Below, in pieces: positions 1 to 10,940 of a stretch of 64,000 bases of DNA; the stretch's first letter is position 1; each line of letters starts with the position of its first letter. The notes under the pieces were generated by a model, which saw nothing but the letters and a program-made list of their open reading frames with translations, ran no database searches and had not been told where the DNA came from. Both the position numbers and the translations under genes were made by a program. The stretch covers positions 62,001-126,000 of IMG/VR virus record IMGVR_UViG_3300004151_000006; one strand, 5' to 3'.

Positions 1-2
1 AT

Positions 3-1916
3 ATTCCCAAAACTTTAAATCCAATCAATAGAGTAATTACTCATGATACTTGTGATATCTGGGTAAGGAGGAAAGTCCCCCTTACCCGTAGTGTGGAAGG
101 TGCATATATGCACCGTGCAGCTAAACGTGGTGTCACTAATATTACACATAATGATTTTGGTATCCCTTTATATATCTTAGATGCATTTCGAGATCATCTA
201 GATACTCAAGATATCACATTGCATGTTGTGTGTCGTTATTATGATAAAGACAATACCTTAATAAGAGATGCATCATTCATTGATCTTCTTTATACTCAAG
301 ATGATGAGACTATCCTTACTACTTTAAAAGGTAATCTTAATTTCATTGGATTAGATTTTTGGAAAGCATATCAATTAGAACAAACTGAATATGTAAAGAT
401 GTTTTTCAATCTAGCCGAACTTTATAGTGTCAATTTAGAATATTATGTAAAAGCTTTAGGTTATTATCACACCATTGTACTATTGGCATCTCGTATAGCT
501 ACAAAGACCATCAGTATGGAAAGTACTCCTGAATTTTATGTGAATAGAGTTATGGTCTATGAAAAACCACCTCTTTATAAACAATATAAATCATTACCTT
601 TGGTCTATCGCAATGGGCTCAAATTAAAATATAGTGATTATGGATATGTTGATCAGGGTGATACTATCACCATTAGTATGGGTGATGATGTAGTATCTAA
701 CAGTGGTGATACTTTTACTACAGTATTGTATCTCGATGATGATAGATCTATTTATCTTGTAAATCCCAATACCACAGATACTTTCATTCAACTTCCTTAT
801 ACTAAATTTAAATTATATGAAGTCACCACTGATGAATATCGTACATTTAAGGGAGTGGATCAAACAAGTAATGTAAGTTATAAAGATGTGACTGATGTCT
901 ATGGACTCTATGCACTCCACACCACTGTGGATGGAATTTTACAATTAAGTTATGGTCCTGATATGCAAGACAAGACCTATGTTATTTGTAATGATAGATG
1001 TAGCTATGTTTATACGTATGATATTACTTCATTAGTTACTGCAGGTGAAAATGTGGTAATCCCCATTCAAATGAATGTGAAAAATAAAGCTAATGTACAA
1101 GTGCCCATCATTAATTTTAATAATATCTCAGTGTATATTAATGGTAGATATTTAATCAAAGACTTGGATTTCATTGTCAACACTGTCTATAATCATCTTG
1201 ATAATGTATCATTTAAACAGATCGTAATTCAGACTATGGAATATTTGATTGAACCTGGTACTAATTGGGTAGAAGTAATCCTCAATACAGATGAGATTGA
1301 TGATAGTTCTCTAAGTTTTCAAATCTCTGGTATCTGTACTGATCCTACTCCAGCCAATCTCTGGTTTCCCACCGTATCATTGTTACATATTGATGGTCAA
1401 TTGGTGAATCAAGTGACTGATAAAGGAGTATATCTTTCTGTTGATCCTGATAAATATAGACAAGGTGCACCTTATGAGGTACAAACTAGTGTGCCTGGTA
1501 TAGTAAGAGAGTTCATCTCTAAATATCATACTAATGAAGACAAAGCTCGTTTAGCAAAGATCAATGAATATTTTGGACAATTAAATCCCAATTATCCTGA
1601 TATAACTTTATTACCACAATCACACCGTATATATTCTACACTACTCAATAGGGTACTGAGAGATATTGTATTCGGTAATAAACAAATGGCTGATGATCCC
1701 GATAGTAATCGTATTAAAGAACAGCTTTTAGACTATGATTATCTTCGTGAATTAGACATTGTCCAACTCAATAAAAACAATTCTATGTATATTGATTATT
1801 ATCCAAGTTATAGACAATATGAATATACCTCTGAACAATTGTTGGTAATCAAAACTATCATCTCTTCTAACCTACCCAATGAAGCCATTAGGGCTAAGGC
1901 GGATACTCACAAATGA
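3..1916 (+). CDS. phiKZ-like virion structural protein (5'-truncated by window edge)
   Basis: Frame is open from the window edge (IPKTLNPINRVITHDTCDIW...) into the 93..1916 ORF; Tyr/Asn-rich, overlaps the next structural gene; resembles phiKZ-family virion proteins by recall only. Confidence 0.55.
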   Translation: MPKTLNPINRVITHDTCDIWVRRKVPLTRSVEGAYMHRAAKRGVTNITHNDFGIPLYILDAFRDHLDTQDITLHVVCRYYDKDNTLIRDASFIDLLYTQDDETILTTLKGNLNFIGLDFWKAYQLEQTEYVKMFFNLAELYSVNLEYYVKALGYYHTIVLLASRIATKTISMESTPEFYVNRVMVYEKPPLYKQYKSLPLVYRNGLKLKYSDYGYVDQGDTITISMGDDVVSNSGDTFTTVLYLDDDRSIYLVNPNTTDTFIQLPYTKFKLYEVTTDEYRTFKGVDQTSNVSYKDVTDVYGLYALHTTVDGILQLSYGPDMQDKTYVICNDRCSYVYTYDITSLVTAGENVVIPIQMNVKNKANVQVPIINFNNISVYINGRYLIKDLDFIVNTVYNHLDNVSFKQIVIQTMEYLIEPGTNWVEVILNTDEIDDSSLSFQISGICTDPTPANLWFPTVSLLHIDGQLVNQVTDKGVYLSVDPDKYRQGAPYEVQTSVPGIVREFISKYHTNEDKARLAKINEYFGQLNPNYPDITLLPQSHRIYSTLLNRVLRDIVFGNKQMADDPDSNRIKEQLLDYDYLRELDIVQLNKNNSMYIDYYPSYRQYEYTSEQLLVIKTIISSNLPNEAIRAKADTHK

Positions 1917-3613
1917 GCGGAAAGACTACAGTCAATTTATTTTGGAAAGAGGTACCCACTGGCTGCTACATGGATGATGTATACGATCCAGATAGGGACG
2001 GTACTGATCCTAATTTAGCCAATGGGAAATATGTCTTAAAAGAAGGATCTGCACCTATAATTGATCGTGAGATAGAAGGTGCTTGTTATTATGTCAAGAG
2101 TGTAGATCCCATCACGTTTAAACATACTTTTGCACCATTACGTATTATCATCCCCGATCAAGAAGATGAAGTCTCTATTGTTTCATATGGCAATGATAGA
2201 TTCATGTTGTATTATGATGATAGGACTAAACCCACTAAACTCATCGTAGATTCTAAATTGTTTTTTGTTGGTCCTTCTTTGGTGGAGTATAGACTCTATC
2301 GTGTGTTGGCTGATGGTACCAATGAATACATTTCTCTTTATTTAGATGCTGATGAACAATTCAAAGGTGAACGTATCCCAATGGCCACAGCCATGGAACG
2401 TGGTGATATCAAATATTGTACCAATTGTCACACCTTAAATAAGATCATTGATGGTGAAGTCATTATCTTGGAGATCTACAATACTGTTGGTGTACTTTCC
2501 ACTAAAGTGTCTTTAGTAGCTATGCGAGCAAATATCTTAAATGATTTAGCTACTGATGCAAATCCAATCGTCAAATTTGATATGGATTGTTTACAGAAAC
2601 GTGGTGAAGATTTTTATATCTATGCTAAGCAAGATCCCTATCAATTAAATATCACGCCTTATGTAATTTATGCTAATGGTGTCAGACGTGATATTCCCAT
2701 TGACAATCAAAGATGTTTCCTTTATGGATTTGAAGATTACAATCCTTCTTATCCTGGATATAGACAGCCCATTATGGCTAAGATCTTTTTATCCCCACGT
2801 GAAGTGGCTACCATTGGTGAAGATACTGGAAAGAATCGATATATCTCTGCAATCAGAAACCTAGTGACTATCCAGAATAACAATACTGTATATGCTAAAT
2901 TCAGTCTCATTCCATATTGGGATAAATTGAGTCAATCTTACAAGATCAGATGGTTTGCATATGTCAATACTCGAGATCATTTCTGGGATGTAACAGACTT
3001 GGTACGTGATGATAGTGAGACTCCTTTTGATGGTACAAAATATACAGGACAGACACAAAAGCTGACTGTCTCTATGGATCTGGCACAATTGATTGGATCT
3101 GACAGTACAATCATCCATTCTCAAAATGTTTGGTTGACTTTGTATCCTCAAATAGATTATATGCGATACACCTTTAAAGATGGTGTCAATGATAATTATT
3201 GTTATGGTGTAGAAGCAGCTTTATTCAGACGCCCATACATTCATTATGATGAAACTTTGACACAATATTTCATCCCAACATCTATCTTTAGGAATAAAGA
3301 AGCAGTACTTGAAAATTTCTATTATAATGCTAGACCCATGTTTAATCCTATCAATGAGACTGCTCCTCCAGTACCCACACATTTTAATATCCGTGATATG
3401 TTTGGACGTATGGTCATCTCTTCTCCTATTGAAATTGAACAATATACACAGGCTTGGAGTATCATCACTACTGGTCTAGCTAGTCAATATGTCAATGATA
3501 CCTTGATTGTAGAATGGTTAAAATCCAATGGTAGTGGTGGATATGAAATCATCTATGGTGTACCTGTAGAAGTACGCCGTAGTGATACTGGATATAACAC
3601 CGTTATTAATTAA
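1913..3613 (+). CDS. phiKZ-like virion structural (baseplate-region) protein
   Basis: 566 aa beta-rich ORF, ATGA overlap with the previous gene, followed by hairpin and T-tract. Confidence 0.55.
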   Translation: MSGKTTVNLFWKEVPTGCYMDDVYDPDRDGTDPNLANGKYVLKEGSAPIIDREIEGACYYVKSVDPITFKHTFAPLRIIIPDQEDEVSIVSYGNDRFMLYYDDRTKPTKLIVDSKLFFVGPSLVEYRLYRVLADGTNEYISLYLDADEQFKGERIPMATAMERGDIKYCTNCHTLNKIIDGEVIILEIYNTVGVLSTKVSLVAMRANILNDLATDANPIVKFDMDCLQKRGEDFYIYAKQDPYQLNITPYVIYANGVRRDIPIDNQRCFLYGFEDYNPSYPGYRQPIMAKIFLSPREVATIGEDTGKNRYISAIRNLVTIQNNNTVYAKFSLIPYWDKLSQSYKIRWFAYVNTRDHFWDVTDLVRDDSETPFDGTKYTGQTQKLTVSMDLAQLIGSDSTIIHSQNVWLTLYPQIDYMRYTFKDGVNDNYCYGVEAALFRRPYIHYDETLTQYFIPTSIFRNKEAVLENFYYNARPMFNPINETAPPVPTHFNIRDMFGRMVISSPIEIEQYTQAWSIITTGLASQYVNDTLIVEWLKSNGSGGYEIIYGVPVEVRRSDTGYNTVIN

Positions 3614-3621
3614 GATTATCT

Positions 3622-3653
3622 GACTAGGAGGTGGCATCTGCCACCTCCTAGTC
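3622..3653 (+). terminator. 15-bp stem/2-nt loop inverted repeat, likely terminator
   Basis: GACTAGGAGGTGGCA-TC-TGCCACCTCCTAGTC followed by TTTCGTCTTCTTTT. Confidence 0.75.
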
Positions 3654-3710
3654 TTTCGTCTTCTTTTCGTTTCACTCAAAGATATAATGGATGATATCCA
3701 TCACATATTT

Positions 3711-3731
3711 AAATATATATTATTTTATTGA
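3711..3731 (+). promoter_or_regulatory. phiKZ-type early promoter
   Basis: AAATATATATTA-N6-TGA motif, recurring about 11 times upstream of + strand gene runs. Confidence 0.65.
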
Positions 3732-3773
3732 ACTTTAATCCTTTAATATCTTTTACTTGGAGGTAATGTACAT

Positions 3774-4283
3774 ATGGATAAAATCTCAAAATTGAGACCT
3801 GAACTACAGGCACTCAAAGATCTATTTGATCCCCGTAAACGTGAACTAAAAAACATCCGTGAATTGGTCAAACATGATCCCTCTTATGTAAAAGAACTGC
3901 TGGGTGTAATTGAAGATGGACTTGATGATTTTAAATATCAATGTGAACTTGATAAATCACAACTTGCAAGTCAGGCATTGATTGGTATGATCGGCTTATT
4001 GTTGGATTATAAAAAGATAGCTAAAATCAACAGTGTTGCCGGAAAAAGAAAATTCTGTATCATGGTTATTGACACCATTTTATATCATTACCCCAACGGA
4101 TATCCTTTTCATGGTAGTCCAAATGATAAACAGTTTGTAGATACCTTTTGTACTTTTTATTTTCATGAAAATATTGCAGATTTACATGGTTCACATTGGG
4201 AAAAAGAAACTAAAGATTGTCATGAATATATGTGTAAGCTAAAGGAACAATGGATATCTATCCAAACAGGAGAAACATCATGA
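3774..4283 (+). CDS. hypothetical protein
   Basis: GGAGG RBS, 169 aa. Confidence 0.75.
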   Translation: MDKISKLRPELQALKDLFDPRKRELKNIRELVKHDPSYVKELLGVIEDGLDDFKYQCELDKSQLASQALIGMIGLLLDYKKIAKINSVAGKRKFCIMVIDTILYHYPNGYPFHGSPNDKQFVDTFCTFYFHENIADLHGSHWEKETKDCHEYMCKLKEQWISIQTGETS

Positions 4284-4756
4284 AAAATTTATATCAATAT
4301 GATGTATATGATCCGACTAAACGTGAGATTTTACATTATTATGGTATATCTGGTCCTGACCTGGAAGGTAATGATCTCATTTCTTTTAATATGAGAACTG
4401 AATCTAGTACTCATGCAAAATGTATCAAAAACAAAACTGTAATTCTGCAAGATGTGCTAGATAGTATTTATGTATTGGGTGGTACTTTGGATTCATGGAC
4501 TAAAGTTCATCCATTTAGTGCTGTGCATGAAACACTTATGTTGGCTATGATGAATGATATTAAAAATGAACATGTAGATTTCCTTAGATATGTATATATG
4601 ACAGATATTGATTTTACTGAACTCATGAAAAAAGGTATAGCAACATATACCAAAGAACATACTGCGTCAGTTGTATTTAATGATAAATGTGATAAAATGT
4701 ATAATTTTCATAAACTTGAAAAAATCCCCATCATGGAGGAAACTGATGATCACTAA
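4280..4756 (+). CDS. hypothetical protein
   Basis: AGGAG RBS, ATGA overlap; start revised from 4250. Confidence 0.7.
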   Translation: MKNLYQYDVYDPTKREILHYYGISGPDLEGNDLISFNMRTESSTHAKCIKNKTVILQDVLDSIYVLGGTLDSWTKVHPFSAVHETLMLAMMNDIKNEHVDFLRYVYMTDIDFTELMKKGIATYTKEHTASVVFNDKCDKMYNFHKLEKIPIMEETDDH

Positions 4757-5081
4757 AATCATGCTTCAAAATCGTGAAGATGATTCAATGTGGCATGTGC
4801 ATGATAAAATCATGTTTGATTTAGCACTATACGTGGATAATAGCTATTATGCTATTCACCTTGAAACTAAAGAAGAAAAACAATACGAATTAATTAATCA
4901 ACTGTATTTGTTGGAATCTTTATTTGGAAAAAAAGAAACCCAACAAATCTCAAATTTTATTTTAACTGATTTTGATAAAGCTGAAGCTGAATTGAAAAAT
5001 ATCATGGATATGTATCGAGAGGTTAAACATGGTAAAGATTATGAAAAACAAGGTATGTTAAATCGAGTCGATTTATGTTAA
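4746..5081 (+). CDS. hypothetical protein
   Basis: GGAGG RBS; start revised from 4671. Confidence 0.65.
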   Translation: MITKIMLQNREDDSMWHVHDKIMFDLALYVDNSYYAIHLETKEEKQYELINQLYLLESLFGKKETQQISNFILTDFDKAEAELKNIMDMYREVKHGKDYEKQGMLNRVDLC

Positions 5082-5524
5082 TAGTCTTATCACGAATAGA
5101 GAAATATAATGAATTGATCAATAGAGTGATTGAATATACCACCCTACCCGATGGGTGGGGTGGTCATGATACTGATAAAGCACCAAGTGATCTAGTCATC
5201 AATCAGGCACATCTATGGTTGCATCTTTGTAGTGAATATACAGATATCCCACCACCACACGTTACCTGTTCCACTGATAATGAAATTTGTTTAGAATGGA
5301 AACCAGATGGTGAATATAAAAGTTATTGTAGAATATTTATTAAAAATGATAGTATTTATGGTATGTTTGTGGATTATCAGAATAATAAATACTTTTCACA
5401 ATTACCCTGGTTTCATGCTACTACTCGAAAGGAACAATTCAAACAAATGAGTGTACTTCTTTTAAGAAATATTAACAATCTTGAACCCAAAAAGGAGACT
5501 CTAAGGTATGATGGATTATATTAA
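5075..5524 (+). CDS. hypothetical protein
   Basis: 149 aa, overlaps neighbours; LPDGWGG motif. Confidence 0.65.
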   Translation: MLIVLSRIEKYNELINRVIEYTTLPDGWGGHDTDKAPSDLVINQAHLWLHLCSEYTDIPPPHVTCSTDNEICLEWKPDGEYKSYCRIFIKNDSIYGMFVDYQNNKYFSQLPWFHATTRKEQFKQMSVLLLRNINNLEPKKETLRYDGLY

Positions 5525-6836
5525 TGAATTGCTCAAAGTAATTCAATCAAATCCGATAGCAGCTAGTATCTTTGGTGCATCCACTGTAGCTGGATTATTT
5601 GTATGGGCTAGAAATATTCCAATGCAATTATTTGATTTTATTATAAACCGTATCACAAAGACTCTCACACTTGACAATTCACAACATGGTTACATTATCA
5701 ATATATTGGAAACTTATATTGAAAAAATCTATTATGCACCTAAAAATGATTTTAGTCTATCCGATGATTTAAATTCTAAAAACCAAAATGGTTCTGCTGA
5801 TAAACTAACCATTGGAGAGAATTCTACATTTTATTGTAAATTGAATGGAAAAATATGTAAAATCTCAAAATATATAGCAGGACAAAATACAAGAAATTTT
5901 ACCATGGGAGCAATTGGTCATGGGCGTAATTCTACAGATAGGCAGGTTTATAATTTTACAATAATGACACTGCGAAATATAACTTTGCTAAATTGGTATA
6001 CTGAGATCAGATCAATTCATGATAGGAACTTAAAAAAGCGAGATCATCTATTGTGTATTTTAGATGAAAATAGAGCCACCTGTGAAAAACCCTTGATCAA
6101 TTTTGATAAACTTATTTTACCAAAATCCACTAAATCTCTGGTAGATACTATCATAAATAATCTTGAATCAAATAACACATTTTATCGAGAAAGAAATATT
6201 CCACATAAAGAAGGTATATTGTTATATGGATCCCCAGGTTGTGGAAAATCTCTCTTTATACAGGGTATAGCTAGCAAATATGGATATGTCATACAATATA
6301 TTAATTTAAATCAGGTTGATGAGAATGGTTTGTTAAATATATTCACTACTGAAATGGAAAAGGTCATATTTCTCATTGAGGATATTGATTGTCAAATCAA
6401 TACTTCAATCAATAGAAATGCTCAAATCAAGTCTGAAAATTCAGGTGTATCCTTAGCACTGTTACTCAATATCTTAGATGGTATCTTGACTAAATCTAAA
6501 CAATTTGTAATCGTGACTACAAATAACATTGATGCTCTTGATCCAGCACTCATTCGTGATGGCCGTTTTAACAGTAGGATAGAATTTAAACCATTTACAT
6601 CAGATTTGATTCTTGAATATTTAAAGATGTTCTATGGTGAAAATCTATGCAGTCTTCGTGAAGAACAAATAAAAAGCTTACTCAATAAATATCCAGAAGC
6701 TACCATCACACCTGCTAAACTTGCATCTATCTGTATCAGACATAAACAGGGTTTAAATAATGAAGCAGTCTCTGAATTAAAACAGCATTTAAAAACAACC
6801 ATTATGCTTCAAAAAGAAGGAAACAACAATGGCTGA
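5508..6836 (+). CDS. BCS1-like AAA+ ATPase with N-terminal membrane anchor
   Basis: Walker A GSPGCGKS, Walker B FLIEDID, LLNILDG, VTTNN, DPALIRDGRF; hydrophobic N-terminus. Confidence 0.85.
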   Translation: MMDYINELLKVIQSNPIAASIFGASTVAGLFVWARNIPMQLFDFIINRITKTLTLDNSQHGYIINILETYIEKIYYAPKNDFSLSDDLNSKNQNGSADKLTIGENSTFYCKLNGKICKISKYIAGQNTRNFTMGAIGHGRNSTDRQVYNFTIMTLRNITLLNWYTEIRSIHDRNLKKRDHLLCILDENRATCEKPLINFDKLILPKSTKSLVDTIINNLESNNTFYRERNIPHKEGILLYGSPGCGKSLFIQGIASKYGYVIQYINLNQVDENGLLNIFTTEMEKVIFLIEDIDCQINTSINRNAQIKSENSGVSLALLLNILDGILTKSKQFVIVTTNNIDALDPALIRDGRFNSRIEFKPFTSDLILEYLKMFYGENLCSLREEQIKSLLNKYPEATITPAKLASICIRHKQGLNNEAVSELKQHLKTTIMLQKEGNNNG

Positions 6837-7635
6837 CACATCATTTGAAACATCAAATGCATACTTAAAGAATTTCCTCAGAGATAAGTTATATGCAAAA
6901 TATACAGAGACTAAAGTCGTAGAACATCATTGCGCTATAAATGAAACATCTAGTACTCCAGAATATAATTACATGTTGGATGAAATCATGTTTCCCACTA
7001 CAAATGAATGGAATGAATGTTTTAAGATTATACTAAAAGGATATGGATATACCTCAGCTGAAATAATGAAAGCTAGTGAACAATTTATTTCAAATATTGG
7101 TGGAATGTTTTATCTTGAATGTGAAAAAGATCCCAAATATAAATTCACACATATAGATTACATCACCAAACAGATCACTGTTCTAGTTTCGCATGATAAC
7201 AAACATCCATGGGAACTTAATCTTGAATTTAATGATAAAAAATCTTTAGAAAATGAATTTAAGTTTTTATCTTCAATCCCCGACATTCAACGTGAAACAC
7301 GCCGATTTTTATATGATTACACTGATAATGATAAATTACTATTTAATATAGATTTTCCTAAAGATATCATTACCTTTCTTAATTTTGGTATAAATATAAA
7401 CAGTCGAATAGATTATAAAAGAAATAAAATCATCTTAGAAGCCACAGTGGCTGAATATTCAGGTCAAAAATATTATTATACTGTAACTGGAAGTAGATTA
7501 CGTGGCATGATGCAAAAACAACCCAATCACATGCATACCATTCCCCCAATTGAACGATACTTGAGTGATATTGGGATCCTTAATATGCATGAGATGTATG
7601 TTGAAATGTATCAGGATTTAATGCTCTTAATTTGA
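6829..7635 (+). CDS. hypothetical protein
   Basis: 268 aa ORF overlapping the ATPase stop. Confidence 0.7.
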   Translation: MADTSFETSNAYLKNFLRDKLYAKYTETKVVEHHCAINETSSTPEYNYMLDEIMFPTTNEWNECFKIILKGYGYTSAEIMKASEQFISNIGGMFYLECEKDPKYKFTHIDYITKQITVLVSHDNKHPWELNLEFNDKKSLENEFKFLSSIPDIQRETRRFLYDYTDNDKLLFNIDFPKDIITFLNFGININSRIDYKRNKIILEATVAEYSGQKYYYTVTGSRLRGMMQKQPNHMHTIPPIERYLSDIGILNMHEMYVEMYQDLMLLI

Positions 7636-7758
7636 ATATATCACTATATTTTTATAAAGTATTTTTATCTTATAATACCACCTCTGTTTACAGTCTATTC
7701 AAGTAGTGATCACCATGTAACTATATACCTACTCTTGGTATGTAAAAAGGATATCGAC

Positions 7759-8262
7759 ATGCAGGCTCTAGCTACTACAATCGATGTGGTGTCTCAGGCT
7801 GATGATATTAATCGTCTCTATGATGAATCTATGGAGATAGTCACACACTACTCTATTGAGCACATGCACTTCGAATTTGAGACGATCAATCCAAAACAAT
7901 ATAGACTGGTCCATCTGGATATGCCACGTGTGGGCGAATGGGATCAGATCTTTGTACAGGTACTCGGTGATATACTCTCGTATAATCAGTATCTCAAGTT
8001 GTATCCTACTTTTATAAAGAATCAATCTGCTACCAAACGTGTGATCTTTCCTTCCAATACTTACATTAACAAATTTAAATATGATACATCTCGAATGGAT
8101 GCTGTGATTGAATGGCCCACCGTAGAAGATACTTCTATGTATCAAGAGCGTACTGTGATTTATACACCCATTTTACTTAAAATTATGCAAAGTATCCACG
8201 GTATGTTGACTAATCTCCATCAGCTACATAATCAATACAATCGTATACATCTCGTCAAATAG
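7759..8262 (+). CDS. hypothetical protein
   Basis: AAGGA RBS; start revised from 7735. Confidence 0.65.
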   Translation: MQALATTIDVVSQADDINRLYDESMEIVTHYSIEHMHFEFETINPKQYRLVHLDMPRVGEWDQIFVQVLGDILSYNQYLKLYPTFIKNQSATKRVIFPSNTYINKFKYDTSRMDAVIEWPTVEDTSMYQERTVIYTPILLKIMQSIHGMLTNLHQLHNQYNRIHLVK

Positions 8263-8277
8263 ACAATGCCAATGAAT

Positions 8278-8315
8278 TGGATACAGAGGATCCCCATGGG
8301 GATCCTCTGTATCCA
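8278..8315. repeat. 38-bp perfect palindrome (no loop)
   Basis: TGGATACAGAGGATCCCCA|TGGGGATCCTCTGTATCCA. Confidence 0.95.
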
Positions 8316-8336
8316 CACCCATAAAGGAGTATCTTC

Positions 8337-8705
8337 ATGATCATTAAAGAAAGTGGTTTTTATGGGATCAGCCCACACCCTACAGACAATATCAACAGTC
8401 CCACCAATCAAATACCAACAGCAGTAGTATATCTCAATGGTGGGTGCATCGAAGGTGTCATTTCCAATATCCCAGGATTAGAAGTACATTTCCTTGATTA
8501 TGATACAGATGGTATTGATCAAGATGATCCTAATCTGATGGATCTCTCTGAAGAAGAAGACAAAACTGATCTCCAATACATGAGTACTCATGTGACAAAT
8601 GATATCATGAGTGATACCGAATATCAACATATTAAAGAATTGGAAGCTAAACGTATGGCTAGACATGAAGTCATTGAAAAGGAGAACAATAATGAACAAG
8701 TATGA
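8337..8705 (+). CDS. acidic hypothetical protein
   Basis: AAGGAG RBS, 122 aa. Confidence 0.65.
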   Translation: MIIKESGFYGISPHPTDNINSPTNQIPTAVVYLNGGCIEGVISNIPGLEVHFLDYDTDGIDQDDPNLMDLSEEEDKTDLQYMSTHVTNDIMSDTEYQHIKELEAKRMARHEVIEKENNNEQV

Positions 8706-9378
8706 TGAAGTCCATTTCATGTTGGATGTAGAGTCTCTTAGTCTTCAACCCGATGCAGTCATTTGTACTATCGGATGTTGTACCGTTAATCCATTTATTC
8801 GACTCAGTGATCCAAATGCAACAATCTCTGTAACTTCAGCTTTATTTTACACAAAAATAGATTGGCAAGTGGAAGATGGACATATTAGTACTGATACTCT
8901 TAAATGGTGGTTTGATAAAGAAAGATCACAAGATGCACGTCAAGAATTAACTCAATCTAAAGTACCCACCAATAAAATAATTCCAACTATTGGAAAGGAT
9001 ATAGAACCCGTAACCCTATCTGTAGCAATGGATAATTTGATGGATTTTTTCAAAAGACTATCTAAACCAGACCGTGTTGATAATAAAAACGTTTATATAT
9101 GGACTACCAATAACTTTGATACAAGTCTCATCCAATATCGATTTAAACAATTCGGTATCCCTTGGCCTTTCTATTATCGTAATATTTGCAATATCCGTGA
9201 TATTTATCGTACTGCTAAAATTAAAGATCCTACTTTTGATGCTAAAGAATATATGAAGAATTTAACTACGGATAAATTTGCAGAACATCGTGTAGATTTT
9301 GTAGCACATCGTGCCGATAGTGATTGTATCACACAATCCATCACACTTGCTGAAGCATATCGTATCATCCTCAGCTGA
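8692..9378 (+). CDS. DEDDh 3'-5' exonuclease (Rv2179c/RNase AS-like)
   Basis: MLDVESL, NFD, PWPFYYRNICNIRDI, HRADSD motifs; AAGGAG RBS. Confidence 0.8.
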   Translation: MNKYDEVHFMLDVESLSLQPDAVICTIGCCTVNPFIRLSDPNATISVTSALFYTKIDWQVEDGHISTDTLKWWFDKERSQDARQELTQSKVPTNKIIPTIGKDIEPVTLSVAMDNLMDFFKRLSKPDRVDNKNVYIWTTNNFDTSLIQYRFKQFGIPWPFYYRNICNIRDIYRTAKIKDPTFDAKEYMKNLTTDKFAEHRVDFVAHRADSDCITQSITLAEAYRIILS

Positions 9379-9383
9379 TATAA

Positions 9384-9421
9384 CTAGACTACCATGGGAC
9401 ATGTGTCCCATGGTAGTCTAG
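9384..9421. terminator. 18-bp stem/2-nt loop between convergent genes
   Basis: CTAGACTACCATGGGACA-TG-TGTCCCATGGTAGTCTAG, downstream T-tract. Confidence 0.8.
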
Positions 9422-9444
9422 ACACAATCTTTATTTTTTTTTAA

Positions 9445-10191
9445 CTATTTTGAAACTTTATTCTTTCTGGATTCTACTAAAGTGGTACCCAGGGTTATAT
9501 AACACAGCATCAATTTTTGCACTTCCTCATAGAAAATGATCCCGAATTCCATGAGGAATAAACACATATAAAATCTATCTATAGAATTCTTTGTATCTTC
9601 TTCCTTTTTCAAATTACTAGAAATGTAATCAATAGTATTATTGATAGTCTTTAAGAGATCATCCCAGAATATTAGTTTCATAAGATCCAACATACGATTC
9701 ACTGAGAGTCTCTGATTCAAATATGTGATCTTATCCCAATCCTGGATAGATCTTGATTCACTCATACTCTTGGCTAGATACTTTTCATTCTGAATCACTT
9801 GTATTTTAGAGTACATGAGCTTACCTTGAGAAATATAACTAAAGTCTTCTATCCCGATAGTAGACAAAATATCCTTAGTAAATAGGGTCTTTAGATCTAC
9901 GTATTCTCCTCTCACAGTCTTCCCAAGGGTGATACCCAGGACCTGTGAAAAACGCATTGTACCTTCCCAATGTACCTTCCAATCAGCAAATGGCATAGTG
10001 ATGATATTTACATTCTTTAAAGCTAAAGGATCTATCTCTACTTGTTTAAGTAAAGTCTCCAACTGATCGATATGTAATCTATGATTAGCAAACAATTCTT
10101 TAAACTTGGTGATAAAGTCTTTATATTTAAGCTGCATATTTTTTAACTTCACCATCCCGTCATTGAGAAGGAGTGTGTTCTCTGTATTCAT
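9445..10191 (-). CDS. hypothetical helical protein
   Basis: 248 aa, GGGGAG RBS. Confidence 0.7.
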   Translation of the reverse strand: MNTENTLLLNDGMVKLKNMQLKYKDFITKFKELFANHRLHIDQLETLLKQVEIDPLALKNVNIITMPFADWKVHWEGTMRFSQVLGITLGKTVRGEYVDLKTLFTKDILSTIGIEDFSYISQGKLMYSKIQVIQNEKYLAKSMSESRSIQDWDKITYLNQRLSVNRMLDLMKLIFWDDLLKTINNTIDYISSNLKKEEDTKNSIDRFYMCLFLMEFGIIFYEEVQKLMLCYITLGTTLVESRKNKVSK

Positions 10192-10937
10192 GATCTCCCC
10201 TTAAGTTAAGTCTATAACATAAAAACCATAATAGAACTTTCACACATGAGGTGCCTTCAGGCACCTCATGTACTAATTGATAAAAGATAAGATTTACTTG
10301 AGTAAAAATTTGAAGTGCAGCAATCTCGATCCTCCCTCATCTGGTGTGCAGGCCTACCCCCGGCCTGCACACGCAGACTCGGTTCGGATCTCGTAAGGAA
10401 TAAGAACTAGTACCATAAGATAACACAAAGAATATAAAATAATTTTAATATTCTTATTTTTATTAAATTAAACAATCTTAGTTTACTTTCATTACACTTT
10501 CTAAATAAGACAAAGGAATGAGATAGACAGGAGATGGATAAGACCATCTCCTGTCTATCTCGTCTTAAGAGATCCATATACAAGACAAATACAATATGGA
10601 ACTAGGAGATGTATCTTAAGATACATCTCCCCATATATGATATGAAGATCCCCCCTTCTTCCCCCACCCCAGGCAAAGCGGCACCACCACGGTGTCGTTT
10701 TGTCTGTGGTACAATATTGAGATATTCACCTTGGGTCATCACCCTTAGGGGCTGTCTTTAGTGTGAGTAAATACTCAGGATATACATCCGATGACCTCAG
10801 GTCATCACTATTTAAAATATATATCATAATGATGAAGACTATGTCATATCTCATTGAAATAGTGATCTTGGATCGGCTTATCTCCGTCGAAGACGCCGGA
10901 TGATCTGACTGTTTTTTCTATCCTTAAAAGGAGGATA
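10192..10937. other. ~745-bp structured non-coding region (candidate replication origin or ncRNA)
   Basis: No ORF; stems at 10244-10271, 10344-10372, 10520-10561, 10605-10630, 10670-10706, 10790-10806; AT-rich core ~10420-10505; repeated ATAAGA. Confidence 0.45.
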
Positions 10938-10940
10938 TTG

